From Lenisia limosa (Eukaryota > Protista > Breviatea), in assembly GCA_001655205.1 (NCBI GenBank), contig LPNZ01006744.1:1-41053 (forward strand): a stretch of 41,053 bases of DNA, given 5' to 3'. Each line of letters begins with the position of its first letter. The stretch's first letter is position 1. Below are positions 1 through 11,696 of this stretch, piece after piece. The notes under the pieces were generated by a model. It had not been told where the DNA came from, made no database searches, and worked only from the letters and a program-made list of their open reading frames with translations. The position numbers were made by a program, and so were the translations under genes.

Positions 1-49
1 ATGCCGTGTTAGATTTTTCGATTTTGCAGAAAGAGAGGAGTGAACAACA

Positions 50-3000
50 ATGGTGGTGAGCGACCATTGGAAACCTCCAAGTGAGGTGTCCACAATCTTC
101 TCTTTATTGATCCCAACGTAAGTGGTGCGGTTGACTAAAAAAATTCTCTTGAGCTTTTATGTGATTATTCAGATATCGTAGTCAAAAGTACATTCCAAAA
201 TGGCTGATCGTTACCTCTATTGTTGTGTTCTCAATTGCTTTCAAGCTTCTCCTTGGACTGGCAGGGTACTCAGGTGGGCAACTAAGGGATAGGTCTTTTC
301 ACATTTGCATGTTTGTATTGTAATTTTGTTTTCCTTCACCCAACTCAAAAGAGTTGCTGTCAAACTGGATCAACATCACTTATATCTGTAATATTCTTGT
401 TGTTAACTTTTATGTTAATTACACCCGTTGATGGAAGGACCGAATCCTTTTTTCTCTTCTCACGAGTAGGCGAAGGAACGCCCCCACAGTTCGGGGACTT
501 CGAAGCTCAGCGGCATTGGATGGAGGTTGGCTCCTTGCTTGTTTGTTCCGTATTGTACATTCCTGTTATTTTTTCTATATACTATACCATATATGTATAT
601 GATCGATCACAAGTTTTCATAAATGGCCAATACCTACCAAGTGAAGCATTTTCTTTCCAGATTACTTGGCACTTGCCTCCTACGCAGTGGTATGTCCACT
701 CCGACATCAACCCTGAGACGTGGTGGCGTCTTGACTACCCCCCTCTCTCTGCATACTGGAGCTGGATATGCGGTGCCGTGTAGGAGGGTTTTCATTTCGT
801 GAATTCGTCTTGCAAATTGTATGAGTAGTTCTTGGAGTCACGTAGAAAGCTATGTACACGGAGTTGTAGCAAATGATTGGGTTACTCATTGTCTCCTATC
901 AATATGATGGTGTGGCTTCGGCCAGATACTCCTAGTTGTTGACTCATGTTACTGGAGCATATAACAAAACAGGATCTCACTTGTGCACCCCCAAATGATT
1001 GCACTTGAAATCAGTCGTGGTATTGAGGAGCCACTCTCCCGCTTTATCATGAGACTCACTGCCCTTTGTGGCGATGTTCTGGTGTTGACCTCTGCTGGTT
1101 TTGCGCTGGCATTTCTCTCCACGCTTTCTTCAGGCTGGTCATTTAAAGCTAAGGTTTGATGGTGCTTTCATATCACATGGACTAATGATAATGATCACTT
1201 TTCTATTAGACAGTTTTCTTTGCGCTTTTTGCCTTCGCTCCAGTGATCAGTGAAATCGACCACGGCCACTTCCAGTGAGCGGAACTCTACAGTCTCTCTC
1301 GCTCTGTTGAACAACACGTGTTATCGCCATAGGTATAACGCCATGTCGCTGGGCTTGACAGCGTGGGCTGCGTACTTTCTGGTCCATAATCATGACCTGG
1401 TATGTCAGCAAACAAAGTGATTTGATAAAACGGAATGAGACAAACATAATATTGCTCTATCATATGCTTTAATAATGAATAATAGTGGCCACATCATTTT
1501 ACAACATTAATGTATTAGCTGTCAGCTGTTGCCTTTACTTTGGCATTGACCTACAAACAAATGTCCCTCTACCACGCACCTGCCTTCTTTGCGGTGATGT
1601 TAAGTCGTGTTCTTTCGGAGCCTTCTTTTTTGAGGTACAGACAGTTATTTTTGTTGAATAAGTATAGATATGATATCTTTTATAGTAATCTGACAAAAAT
1701 GTTCGTTAAACATTGAGAGGTATTGATTTTTCATTTGTTAAAGTAGAACCAATCTTGTTTTGCTTGTTGAAATAGTAAAAAGTCTATTGTATTTTCTGAC
1801 TTGCTAGGAAGTTTTTCCGTCTTGCCATTTTGGGATCAACTGTTATTTTGACACTGGCTGTGGTTTTTGCTCCATTTGCCGTTTATGGAGGAACTGAAGG
1901 GTTCCTAGCTGTTATTATTAGGTATGTACAAGTATTACATAATATCCTCTTTTTTTTTCTTTTACTGAGTGTTTATTCTGCTATTACAGTTCATTCGTTC
2001 AAAACTTACAACGATAGGATATTCCCCGTTCATCGAGGCCTTTATGAAGACAAGGTTGCCGGAATTGATGGTTGATGATCAATTTTGTTATTTCACTTTA
2101 ATTATCTATTTACTGAACAGGTTGCAAACTTGTGGTGCACGTTTGAACCTTTTTTTAGAGTGCGAGAAAAGTTTTCTCAACCTCAACTTGTGAAAATGTG
2201 GTATGTTGGATTCGCATTTTACTGTTATCGTGGAAACTAATTTATTTTCTTTAGTTTATCCTTGACATCAATTATGCTACTCCCTGGATGTGTGGCAGCC
2301 TTTTTGAAGCCTTCTCCGAAAAGACTGTTCTTGTGCCTTCTCACCTCATCTTTGGCTTTCTTCCTTGCTTCTTATCATGGTTAGTGTGATGAAAGTCATA
2401 CTCCGACACCTATGTTGAACCAGTCAAATGAACTTCCTCTTTGTCATTTATTAGTTAACTCTTTAATGGAAATAGTTCATGAGAAGTCGATCCTGATCCC
2501 TGCTGTTGCAGTCCTGCTCTTAGCGCCAGTTTACCCGCAAATTTCTTCGATCTTTAGATCTTTTGCTCTATTTTCGTAAGTTTATTTCTAGTCTGCACTG
2601 TTTTGAGCCCGACCGCCCGGCCAATAGTCTCATTGTTTATTAGCGAATCTTATATCATATCACAAATACTGTACACATATTGAAATATTGTTTTCTTGGG
2701 GTGGCCATTATTAAGTCATAGTTTTGGGGTGAGGGAATATTGTATTTGAGGCAAGTTCCATTGTTTTGCATTTTCGCTTTCAGAGCATAAATAAAGGTGA
2801 AATGAATTCAATGAACTCCTTTTGTGAAGAAACTATTTTTCATTGTATACTGGTGATTAACCATTGTTTGATATATCCAGAATGATTCCGCTGATGGTAA
2901 AAGATGCAGCCTCGTTTGCTGGTCTTGCCCTCCTTTTATTTCACTCGGTTCTCTTCTTTCCTCTGAGGTCCACAAGTTACTCACGTCAAGTCTATCTTGT

Positions 3001-3217
3001 GAGGGAATAAATGTGATGTTGCATTTCTCAAGTACCATTCATACTCTTATTCCTCCAGGCAGTTCACGGCTTCATGGCAGTTCTTCTGGTGGTGCTGTTC
3101 ACAGTCCAGCCACCAACACACCTTCCAGACCTCTGGACTCTGGCCGTGACGGCATCGTCTTGTGGAGCCTTCGGGTTACTCTGGCTTGCCGCGTCTGTTG
3201 AAATCTGGAGGGTGTGA
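50..3217 (+). CDS. ALG6: Dolichyl-P-Glc:Man9GlcNAc2-PP-dolichol alpha-1,3-glucosyltransferase (ALG6), multi-exon; first exon tentative
   Basis: Spliced exons give ...LGLAGYSG|EGTPPQFGDFEAQRHWME|ITWHLPPTQWYVHSDINPETWWRLDYPPLSAYWSWICGA..., later SYHVHEKSILIP and a C-terminal QPPTHLPDLWTL...IWRV* (TGA 3215-3217). These are ALG6 hallmark motifs: GD[YF]EAQRHW distinguishes ALG6 from ALG8. The ATG at 50 is only a candidate; coding sequence is secure from about 190. Confidence 0.93.
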
Positions 3218-3785
3218 TCCGACTATTCGTTTTGATGTAGGATGAGGGTTCTCTTTTTGGTATTTGCTTGCCCTTTTCTGAGATCATAATTTATTAAAAC
3301 TGTTGAAAACAGTCTGTCCCACTTCGAATATTAAAACTATTTTCACATAAGAATTCTTGATATGATTTTTGAGCAATGTTGTGTTGCTTTATTGTTATGA
3401 TTTTCAACTTTTAATTGATACAATGCTTTGGCAAGAAATATATACATACTAATTGTTTAAAGCATTTTGGATACTGAATAGGATTTTTCTGGACGATGAT
3501 AAGTCCTCGATAGCGATAAATAAGTAACATTGGATGATGACCCATCAATCTCTGACATCTTCATTCCTGTAAATAGTTCTCAAACTACTACAAAAACTAC
3601 CTCAGCTGACTAATTTAGGAACAAGTCAAGTGAAGAAATGGCATGGAACTGTAAAATTATTCTCACATTTGAAAATTCCTTTAAATACATTATTATGGCC
3701 TAACTTAATTTTGCCTTTGTAATTTATACCATGTTAGGCAGTTTTGCTCTGAGACCATTTATGTGTACCATCGTACCAAATTTAA

Positions 3786-5366
3786 TCAACTGAACTGAAT
3801 GTCAAACCCAATATTGAGCAATTTTTTGTGAATTTCATGAACAAGTGTGATGAATACCATTTTCGAGCCTCTTTTCAATTTATACTCTATCTTTTTTTTG
3901 CTGGTAATAATGTTGAAACTCAGCATGCCCCCAGATACACTTGACATTGAATCCTGAAACGTGATATTACGTTTCACTTACTAGTTGCCCTAAGATTTGA
4001 ATTGAGTTTTCATTTTTCTTGTCAATAAAGAGAGCACCATTCCCAGCAAAGGTGATTCCATGAATTACCTTGGTGTTCCTTTGTTGTAAAAAGGCGAAAT
4101 TGGAACTGGCGACCGAAAATCTCCATGTGACGCTGAGGTCAGAAGAATCAATGTTAAAACAAAATCCAACCATTGCTCATCTCAAGGTCCATACTAACAG
4201 GTTCTACAGATCCCATAGAACTGAATAATAATAATAAAACAGCTTTGGAGAAAGAAATATATGGTGGTGGTGGTAGTGGGATTTTGATGTCATATCTACC
4301 TCTTGCTCAATGCGCTTACTTTGTAATTCTCTTAACAACTGTTTTAAGCGTGGCAGCCATACTGGGACAATTGAAATCTTGCGAACTTTTCATAACGTAA
4401 GGGCCATCTGGAAGTGGTAACGACTCCAAAGAAGGCAATTTGATAAGAAATGACCAAGCAACAACCCATCGCGTTGTTTTCCCCTGTGTTAACTGAAAAT
4501 GTAAACCTGATACAGAGTTCCAATTGCAATTGTTGCTTTCAGAGGCCGAAGCTTTGTTACAACTTTGGATAGAGTCTCCTTTTTGCCCGTCATCGATGTG
4601 AACCAGGTCACCTAACAAAAGTAATAAAATCAAACTTAGTCATCAATTCTTCCCCACACACACCTTCTTAGATAGCTCAGTTGACTCCTCCACCATTTGG
4701 CTGATGAAACGTTCTTCCCCTCCCTCTGTTGCCAGTTCCACAGATGACGCATCCAGGCATCGGTCGCCCCTCTTTTCAACTTTCTCATCAAGCCTGTAGA
4801 ACGGAGGGTTGCACATCATGAAGTCGAACCGGTCGTGGGAGGAGGAGAAAAGGGGAGGAAGAACAACGGAGGGGTTTTCATTAAGGACCAATTCAATCTG
4901 ATCTTGCATTTGGTTCCTATAGACATTCTCAAGGGCAACGTCGTGAGAAAATGGATCAACTTCCGTGGCTACCATTTTTAAAGTTGGAAATAAGTTGGCA
5001 AAGATTAAGGGGAAGACACAGGAAGCTCCAGCCCCAATGTCACCACCAACAACATCATCTCCGATAAACTGACACCATGAAGGATGGGATTTGGTCATGA
5101 GAAGGAGGCTTTCAATCCACTTAATATAATGAAACCTGTTGGTTATTCCAGGAACCAATCTATTTTCAGGTAAGATGACCGACAGGTTGAAGTGGAACTT
5201 GAAGAGAACTGCTGTCAGAGACCGACAGCCTTCAGCCGAACTCCAGTCTACTGTGTTTCTTGACGATAAATACAAAAATATCACCGTACCCTCGGACATA
5301 AGGCCTAATTTCTGGATACTTCTCTGCTAGTTTTCTGAAGTCAATGAAGCCTAATGTTTTGCTCAT
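3786..5366 (-). CDS. METTL16: U6 snRNA m6A methyltransferase METTL16 / RlmF family (3' end below ~4316 uncertain)
   Basis: ATG at 5366 gives MSKTLGFIDFRKLAEKYPEIRPYVRG|NTVDWS...LPENRLVPGITNRFHYIKWI. It has the SAM-binding motif DIGAGASCVFP and the catalytic motif FDFMMCNPPFY, followed by EGGEERFISQMVEES, WFTSMTGKK and TLYQ|GKTTRWVVAWSF. Introns found at 5259-5289, about 4609-4660 and 4484-4506. Confidence 0.9.
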
Positions 5367-5470
5367 GTTGGCTGAAGTGATGGACGCAGTAATACTATTG
5401 AAAAGAAGGGGACTTCTCTAATTTTCAGGGATACGCGGGCGGTTTATTTTCATTATTAAAAAAATAAGTC

Positions 5471-5490
5471 GGGAGGGTGAGAGGGTGGGG
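5471..5490 (+). promoter_or_regulatory. G-quadruplex-forming motif in the 217-bp divergent METTL16/RBM22 intergenic region
   Basis: GGG-A-GGG-TGAGA-GGG-T-GGGG fits G3(N1-7G3)3 and lies in otherwise AT-rich DNA between two head-to-head ATGs (5366 and 5584). Function untested. Confidence 0.35.
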
Positions 5491-5583
5491 AAAGTGGAAG
5501 CTTCCAAAAAAAAGCAATGCAATATAAATACCACACGAAGGAGTATATAAACAAACAAATTTCAAAAAATATTTGCCGTGAAG

Positions 5584-7535
5584 ATGTCCATTTCGCAGCC
5601 GATATATGACAAAGAGGGTATGTAAATCTGTAATTGTTCAAAAAAATAACACTATGTAGGTAGGGAAGACTCCAACTTCCCTATTGTCTGTGAAACATGC
5701 TTAGGGCCTAGCGAATTTGTTCGTATGCAAAAATTCATCCATGACAAGGAGTGTCATGTTTGTGAAAGACCAGCAACGATGTTTAGGTATGGAAGGCTCT
5801 TCCTCCTTCCTTTTATCCTTCATCAGGTGGAAGCCTGGAGGAGAAGGTACTAGATACAAGCAGACTGTTATTTGCCAACAGTGCTCTCGTGTTAAACACG
5901 TTTGCCAAGTTTGTATGTTTGATCTTGCTTACGGTCTTCCAGTTCAGGTAAATGGGACTTTTTCAACTGCAAATCTCCATATTAGGAATAGTTTTTGCAT
6001 ATTGCAGAAATTAACTGTTTCTCAAGGTTCGTGATGCTGAGGTCGGCGTTGACCCCTCCATCATTGCTTCTTCAAGGACCAACAGAGAGTTCCAGGCTCA
6101 GATTGCTGACCGTTTGCAGGGGCTGTGGATGATTGTTTGCTTTGGGCCGTAATAGAGGAGGAAGTGTAATTATGTGATGGAGAAGTAAGAAGGACTGTTG
6201 CCTGAATTGGGCTTCCTTTGTGCAAATATTTTTGATTCTTTTTATATAGTTTCGTTCAGTAGCTAGCACAGCTTTGTGCGCGCGCTTTACATTGTTTCTC
6301 AACTGGAAGTTATCATAATGAGTGTAACGCTCTTCAGGCAGTCTCGCTACCGCCGACGGTCAAAGCGGCCAGGGCTTCACAGACTACAAGACAACCGCTC
6401 CGTCGCACACCCTCACGGCCCTGGCTCGCACCGCCCCCTACTATAAGAGAAACAGGACGCGCGTGTGTTCGTTCTGGCAGAAGGGCGAGTGTAAGCGTGG
6501 CAAGGAGTGCCCCTACAGACACGACGATACCGACGCTGACCCCGACGTTTGTGGGAGCTAAGGAAAGGGAGTTATTAGTCTTCGGCCACTTTTCGAGAGA
6601 TATTGGCTGATTCAGCGTCAACTCACATTTTTTATTGCCCAATTATGGACCAACCACCATCTCACTCACGACTGTAGCTTCAGAATCTCTCCTACAAGGA
6701 CCGTTACTATGGTGTTAACGACCCTCTTGCCGAGCGTATCCTGGCAAAGGTCAAGGGTGGGTGGGCTTCGGGTTTCTGGCTCATTCTGATGGACTGTTTT
6801 GAGTTGTATATGCTATCATCCACTCCGACTTATCCTCCAGGCACCCCCCGTCTTGTTAAGCCCGAGGACCCTGGGATCACAACACTCTATGTTGGTGGAC
6901 TGGACCCTGTCAATATCAAAGAGGCCGACATCAAGGACGTCTTCTACGCTTATGGTGAAATTAAGTTTGCACGTCTGGGTTATGCTAGAATTTCAGTTCA
7001 GTTCGTCAAATCGAAGATTGAACAAAATTTTTGTTTGCTTTGTTTTTGGAACCGATGTGAGTGGTCCTTTCAGCATGACCTGAGCTGCCAATGCCCCTCT
7101 GACCATATAGATCCATCAAGTTTGCCAAGGCCCGCAACGCAGCATTCATTACGTACCATCAGAGACGTGGCGCTGAGCGTGCTTCCGACGCCTTGTACAA
7201 CAACTGCACTATCAAGGGACAGAGATGCAAGGTGGGCATTCTTCATTTGTGGACGAACTCTTTCTTATTGGGTCATTTTCTGACCTCCAGGTTCTTTGGG
7301 GCAAGCCAGTGAAGCACGGAGTGGTCAATGCGGCGCCTGTGTCAGCAGCCCAACCCACAGCAGCTGCCTTCCACAATATCGCTGCCCCTCCTTCCGCCAA
7401 CGCTTCCGCTTATCCGTCTCAGGTTCGTGGCTCAATCCCATATGCTATCCTTTCCCTTTCTTTATAGCAATGAGAAATAATAAATAAGTTTCCTTTCTTA
7501 TTGTTCAGGACCCTTCTCGTATTGGAAGCGACTAA
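5584..7535 (+). CDS. RBM22: Pre-mRNA splicing factor RBM22 / Slt11-Ecm2 / Cwc2-like (Zn finger + CCCH + RRM)
   Basis: Spliced: [23 protein letters not shown]...[13 protein letters not shown]|WKPG...[30 protein letters not shown]|VRD; [34 protein letters not shown]; [21 protein letters not shown]; [15 protein letters not shown]; ends YPSQ|DPSRIGSD* (TAA 7533-7535). Confidence 0.95.
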
Positions 7536-7754
7536 GTTATTTGTTTTGCCGTTAAATAGAGGTACTGTGCATTATTAGTTCACGGGTGATGACCACGGTC
7601 AAAAGATGTCATATTAACAGTTGAGCTTCCGGTCACAAAAAACTAACAGCTGGGGAAGGGGGGAGTCATACTGTCTCAGGTCATTGTACTGCATCTAGTG
7701 GCTCATCATCATCAAACTGAGAAATGAAATGACAAAGACGAACGTACTAAAACA

Positions 7755-10700
7755 TTAGCTGTGTATAATATCATACAAAACTGTATTCAGTTCCAGAGTT
7801 TTAACCATAGCCCACGCCAAAAGAGGTGGATGTACCCTGAAGGGCGGGTCTAGGCGAGAGTTTTTTCGATACTTGGGGCGTGGCTTCGGCCAGGCTAGAT
7901 GGGATGAGACAAAGGGTGGGGGGTACAAGCAATCTTCAGCAACCCACGGAGTAATCGGATTAGAAGGAGGGCTTGTGGCAGGAGTTGAGACTTCTGACGA
8001 TGGCATGTCTTCGTCATTGAAGAGGTCCGTTGTCTGTTGGTCAGAATACTAACTCTGACATACATCCCACCTCTTCTTTCTCCACCAAGGGGTACCAGTA
8101 CAGGTCGGCCCAATGCTCATCGAACATTTTCCTCGCGATTGTCACAGCTGAATCCAGGCCGTCTTCTGCAGCTGAAGGGTAAATATTGGAACTTACGATC
8201 AAGCATAAATGAGGGATTGAAAACAAAACAACAAAGCCTTGTCCAGTCGATTCTACCATATCCATCGAATCTCCTACCCATTTCCTGGACAACATGGACG
8301 TTTTTGACTTGAGACGAGCCAACTGTCGGTTTGCAGAGCCAATGTGTCCACATCACTTCACACGTGGGTAACCCACTTTCTTTGCTTGCATCAACGTCCT
8401 CTTCAGTCTCAGTGACAGTTGGGGAATCTGAGAGAATCAAATGACGAAGAAGTGTCCAACTCTCGTTCTGAGCCTTTGTGATGATGCCCAAAGTTTGTGA
8501 CATTGACATGTTGTCGGCTTGGATGGTAAATTCGTTGACAAGAGCCTGACGGAGGGACGCGAAAACGGCATTACAGGAGGTCTGTGACTCATTTTTGACA
8601 ACGGTACTCATCTATAAATTTAATAGATGAATGAACAGTCTATTTGATGCATATCATATCAGCATATGGGATAAGACACACAAGTGTCCAGATAATTATT
8701 TCCAATGTAATATCCTCTATTGACAGACCTGGAGCACTGCAAAGTCCTTGGGGCATGTGCCATGTCTTTCAGTCTGAAGGGAAGCAAAAGTTGCAAACTC
8801 ATGATCTTCAGATGGCGGAATCGTCATGGCTGGTAGGTTACAAAAGGTGATAAAGAAATCCATTCAAGAAACCTGGATACCAAACGAGTTGATGGACGGC
8901 GGGTTTTTGACGACACACGTTGCACGGGACAGCAATGTGTCTAATGGGGTGTCAAAAAGGCAAACTCGGAAAGACACGGCGCATTATCGCAACTCTTCCC
9001 TACCAGTTTTCTTTCTTGAACGATCGGTAACATATTCTGCTCCAATAATGATTTCATTGGCACGGAACACGTTTCCCTCATCATCCTACTTAATTAAAGA
9101 GAATCTTGAGAATATCCCTCACAGTCCCTTTGTTCCAAGATCAGTTTTCAATCCTCCTCCCCACAGTCACGCCTTCAACAGCCCCGTCAGCGTTTTGGAC
9201 CAAAGCAGTCAGATTCCTTCTGAGGATATACACTCCACCATATACTGCACTAAGTCTGAAGGTATCCATTAAAAACAATAAAAAAGACAGTAATATCAAA
9301 ACAATAAAAGGAGGCCGGGGGGGGGGGAGGTTCTCACCTGCAATATGCTTGGTTGAATTCAGCAAGACCATATTTAGGGAAAAGGTAGGCTGTGGGGCAT
9401 TGGTCCGGGGAAAAGCGTCCTAGCTCGGTTATCAAGACAACGTAAAATTCATTTCATCTGAATAATCCGAAATAATATGACTCCTTCAACTTGGAAAGAA
9501 TCAGACCAGTCTTCATACCTAATGAAGTGATGTATTGCTGCAGACGTTTGACACCATCACTTCCTGATAAAAATTTTGCATTTTCTATAATTGTTATTGG
9601 AAAAGTCACTTCCATGAAGAATAGAAAGGGCCTACAGTGACCAAGTTTCTTACCATAAGAAGAAGCGACAGCATGGGTTAATACGTTACAACTAACTGGG
9701 AAGTTGTTGAATTTATGACTATCGAGGATGTCCGCAAATGACTCTCCTTCTGAAGAATAAATTGTGTGTGATTTGACACGATTGAAAGACACTAGAGTTA
9801 TGTTCTAGTTAACACCTCACCAATGGTCTCTATCTGGCCAGCCATCACTTTCTTGAGGAAGGCAGCCAATTTTCCCCTTTCTCTCAGGCTCAGTAACGAG
9901 GACTGTCGCACTTCAGCCGCACTACACGGCACCTGTCGCGTTAATAGTGCGTTGCAATACAAAGTGGACAAGAAAGGGCATAAAAGCCTTCATCTCACCT
10001 TGTAGTTCTTATCATCCTTCCTGAAAAGAGCGTAGGAAACTGGCATGAAGTCAATGTACTTACATACCTCAGTCTCTACCAAACAGTCCACAATCTGGTA
10101 TGGTAAAACGTGCATGAACCAAACCACCTCATACCAAGCAATCACACCAGACAGGGTCATGGAGCAAGTCAATTGAGAACCGACGGTCTACCCCCTTGAT
10201 GGCGTCAGCCTGAAGCTCGCTCTCGGCACAGCAGATGCCTCCAGGGTTGACGTTGCTTTCTAATGGGACAAAAACTTCTCCTTCTTTGAGAAGAGACATG
10301 TCCAGCGTCTTGTCTATCATCGTATTAGTGTCTCTGTTGTTTTCCATATGATACGAGCTATTACATAATAGTATGCTGGGTAGGCACGTAAAAAGCTGTG
10401 TGCACAGAGTTGTAAGGCAAATGGTTGGGTGAATTATGATATAATCCAATATCTCTGATAAGCATGATGGTGTGGAAGGCTTTGACCAGATACAACCTTG
10501 TTTTATTTCTCATTTCTAGATATTCCAAGAGTATATGATATCATCATTGACCAGTCATATAGGTACCATGCCAACCATCAGAAGACAAAGCGGATGCATC
10601 AGCCACGTCATCATTCCTTCGGAGCATCAGCTCATGGAGCTCCGAGGCAGAGAAGCAAGGCATTGAGCCGCCATAGTATGAGTTGTGGTCCAAATGAAGA

Positions 10701-11181
10701 ACCTTTTTGCCGGCTCTTGAAAGGGCTCTATACAATAAAGGTGCCAAAGAAAAAATAATATATGAGACGAGTTGCATCAGATGTGTACAGTTTTATTTAC
10801 CCAAAGACTATTTACCGACTCCGCGCAATTAACTGAAAAATTTATTGCAAAATTTGAAGTGAGGCATATTGAAAAATACGAACTCAATTTCAGACACTTT
10901 TATTTCAAAATTTGTAAATGAATTTCCTCAAAAAATAAATTGCACGAAGTTCTACATTTTACCTCGTCACCGTGATTTCGCCATTTTTAAGGGGAAAATA
11001 ATATATCTATATTTCAAGAAACGAAACATGCTGTGTCTGAAAATATAAATGGGAAGAACTGTTTAAAACTGGAATATTACACAACAAACAAAAGAGCGAG
11101 CATTAATCCAGCATACCCAGCAAGGAGTGACTGAGGAAGGCTTGTCCCGACAACAATGACATCAAAGGGGTCCAGCTCCAT
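7755..11181 (-). CDS. CHM: Rab escort protein (REP/CHM/Mrs6; GDI superfamily); 3' end approximate
   Basis: ATG at 11181 gives MELDPFDVIVVGTSLPQSLLAG|ALSRAGKKVLHLDHNSYYGG; then RRFSIDL, CKYIDF, VPCSAAEVRQSSLLSLREKGKLAAFL, AYLFPKYGLAEFNQAYCR|LSAVYGGVYILRR and GLDSAVTIARKMF. The motifs, notably VPCS and RRFxIDL, favour REP over Rab-GDI. Confidence 0.88.
10816..10952. mobile_element. MITE family B, copy 1 (in REP intron 1)
   Basis: Imperfect terminal inverted repeats, (C)GACTCCGCGCAATTAA ... TAAATTGCACGAAGTTC, followed by TA. Aligns by eye with the copies at 36868 and 40684 through internal blocks such as AAATTTGAAGTGA and AGACACTTT.ATTTCA. Confidence 0.75.
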
Positions 11182-11696
11182 TGCAGATTAAATGGGATTC
11201 AAAACACTGCTAGAGTACAACAGAGTCAAACAAACAAAATCTAACTTTTAAATCTATCTAGCAACCTAGACTCATATCCAGTGGGGTGAGTGAGGGGAAC
11301 AAAAAGACTATTTTTTACTACTACTAGCACAATTACAGCGTGACTACAGCACTACTACAGCCTAGCAGGTTGACAAGGGTAAGTAAAATAGTTAAAAAAA
11401 ATGGAAAAAACGCAAAAAAAAAGTCCACCAAGCCGGACCGGCTGACAGGGTGGTTCTTTGGTGGTCAAGTATGGCACACTGTACTCCCGGGGAGATTTTG
11501 GGGGATCCAGAGTGGTTGGTCATACAAACAGTACAATCGTCCCCCCCTAGCTCCATTTCCATGGTGGTCACGTGGTCACCAGACAGCAAATAACAATAAT
11601 CGAAGGATAAAATGTATTAAAATCAGATAAGAAAACGCGAAACATAATTAAAACAGGAAAACAATAATATTAAAAAAAAAAGGGGGATCAGAGGTG

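Noticed and set aside
3534-3610. Possible box C/D snoRNA (ATGATGA ... CTGA) between ALG6 and METTL16; similar GTGATGA at about 7585
   Set aside because: No terminal stem or recognisable rRNA/snRNA antisense guide could be identified by eye; such short boxes are frequent in AT-rich DNA.
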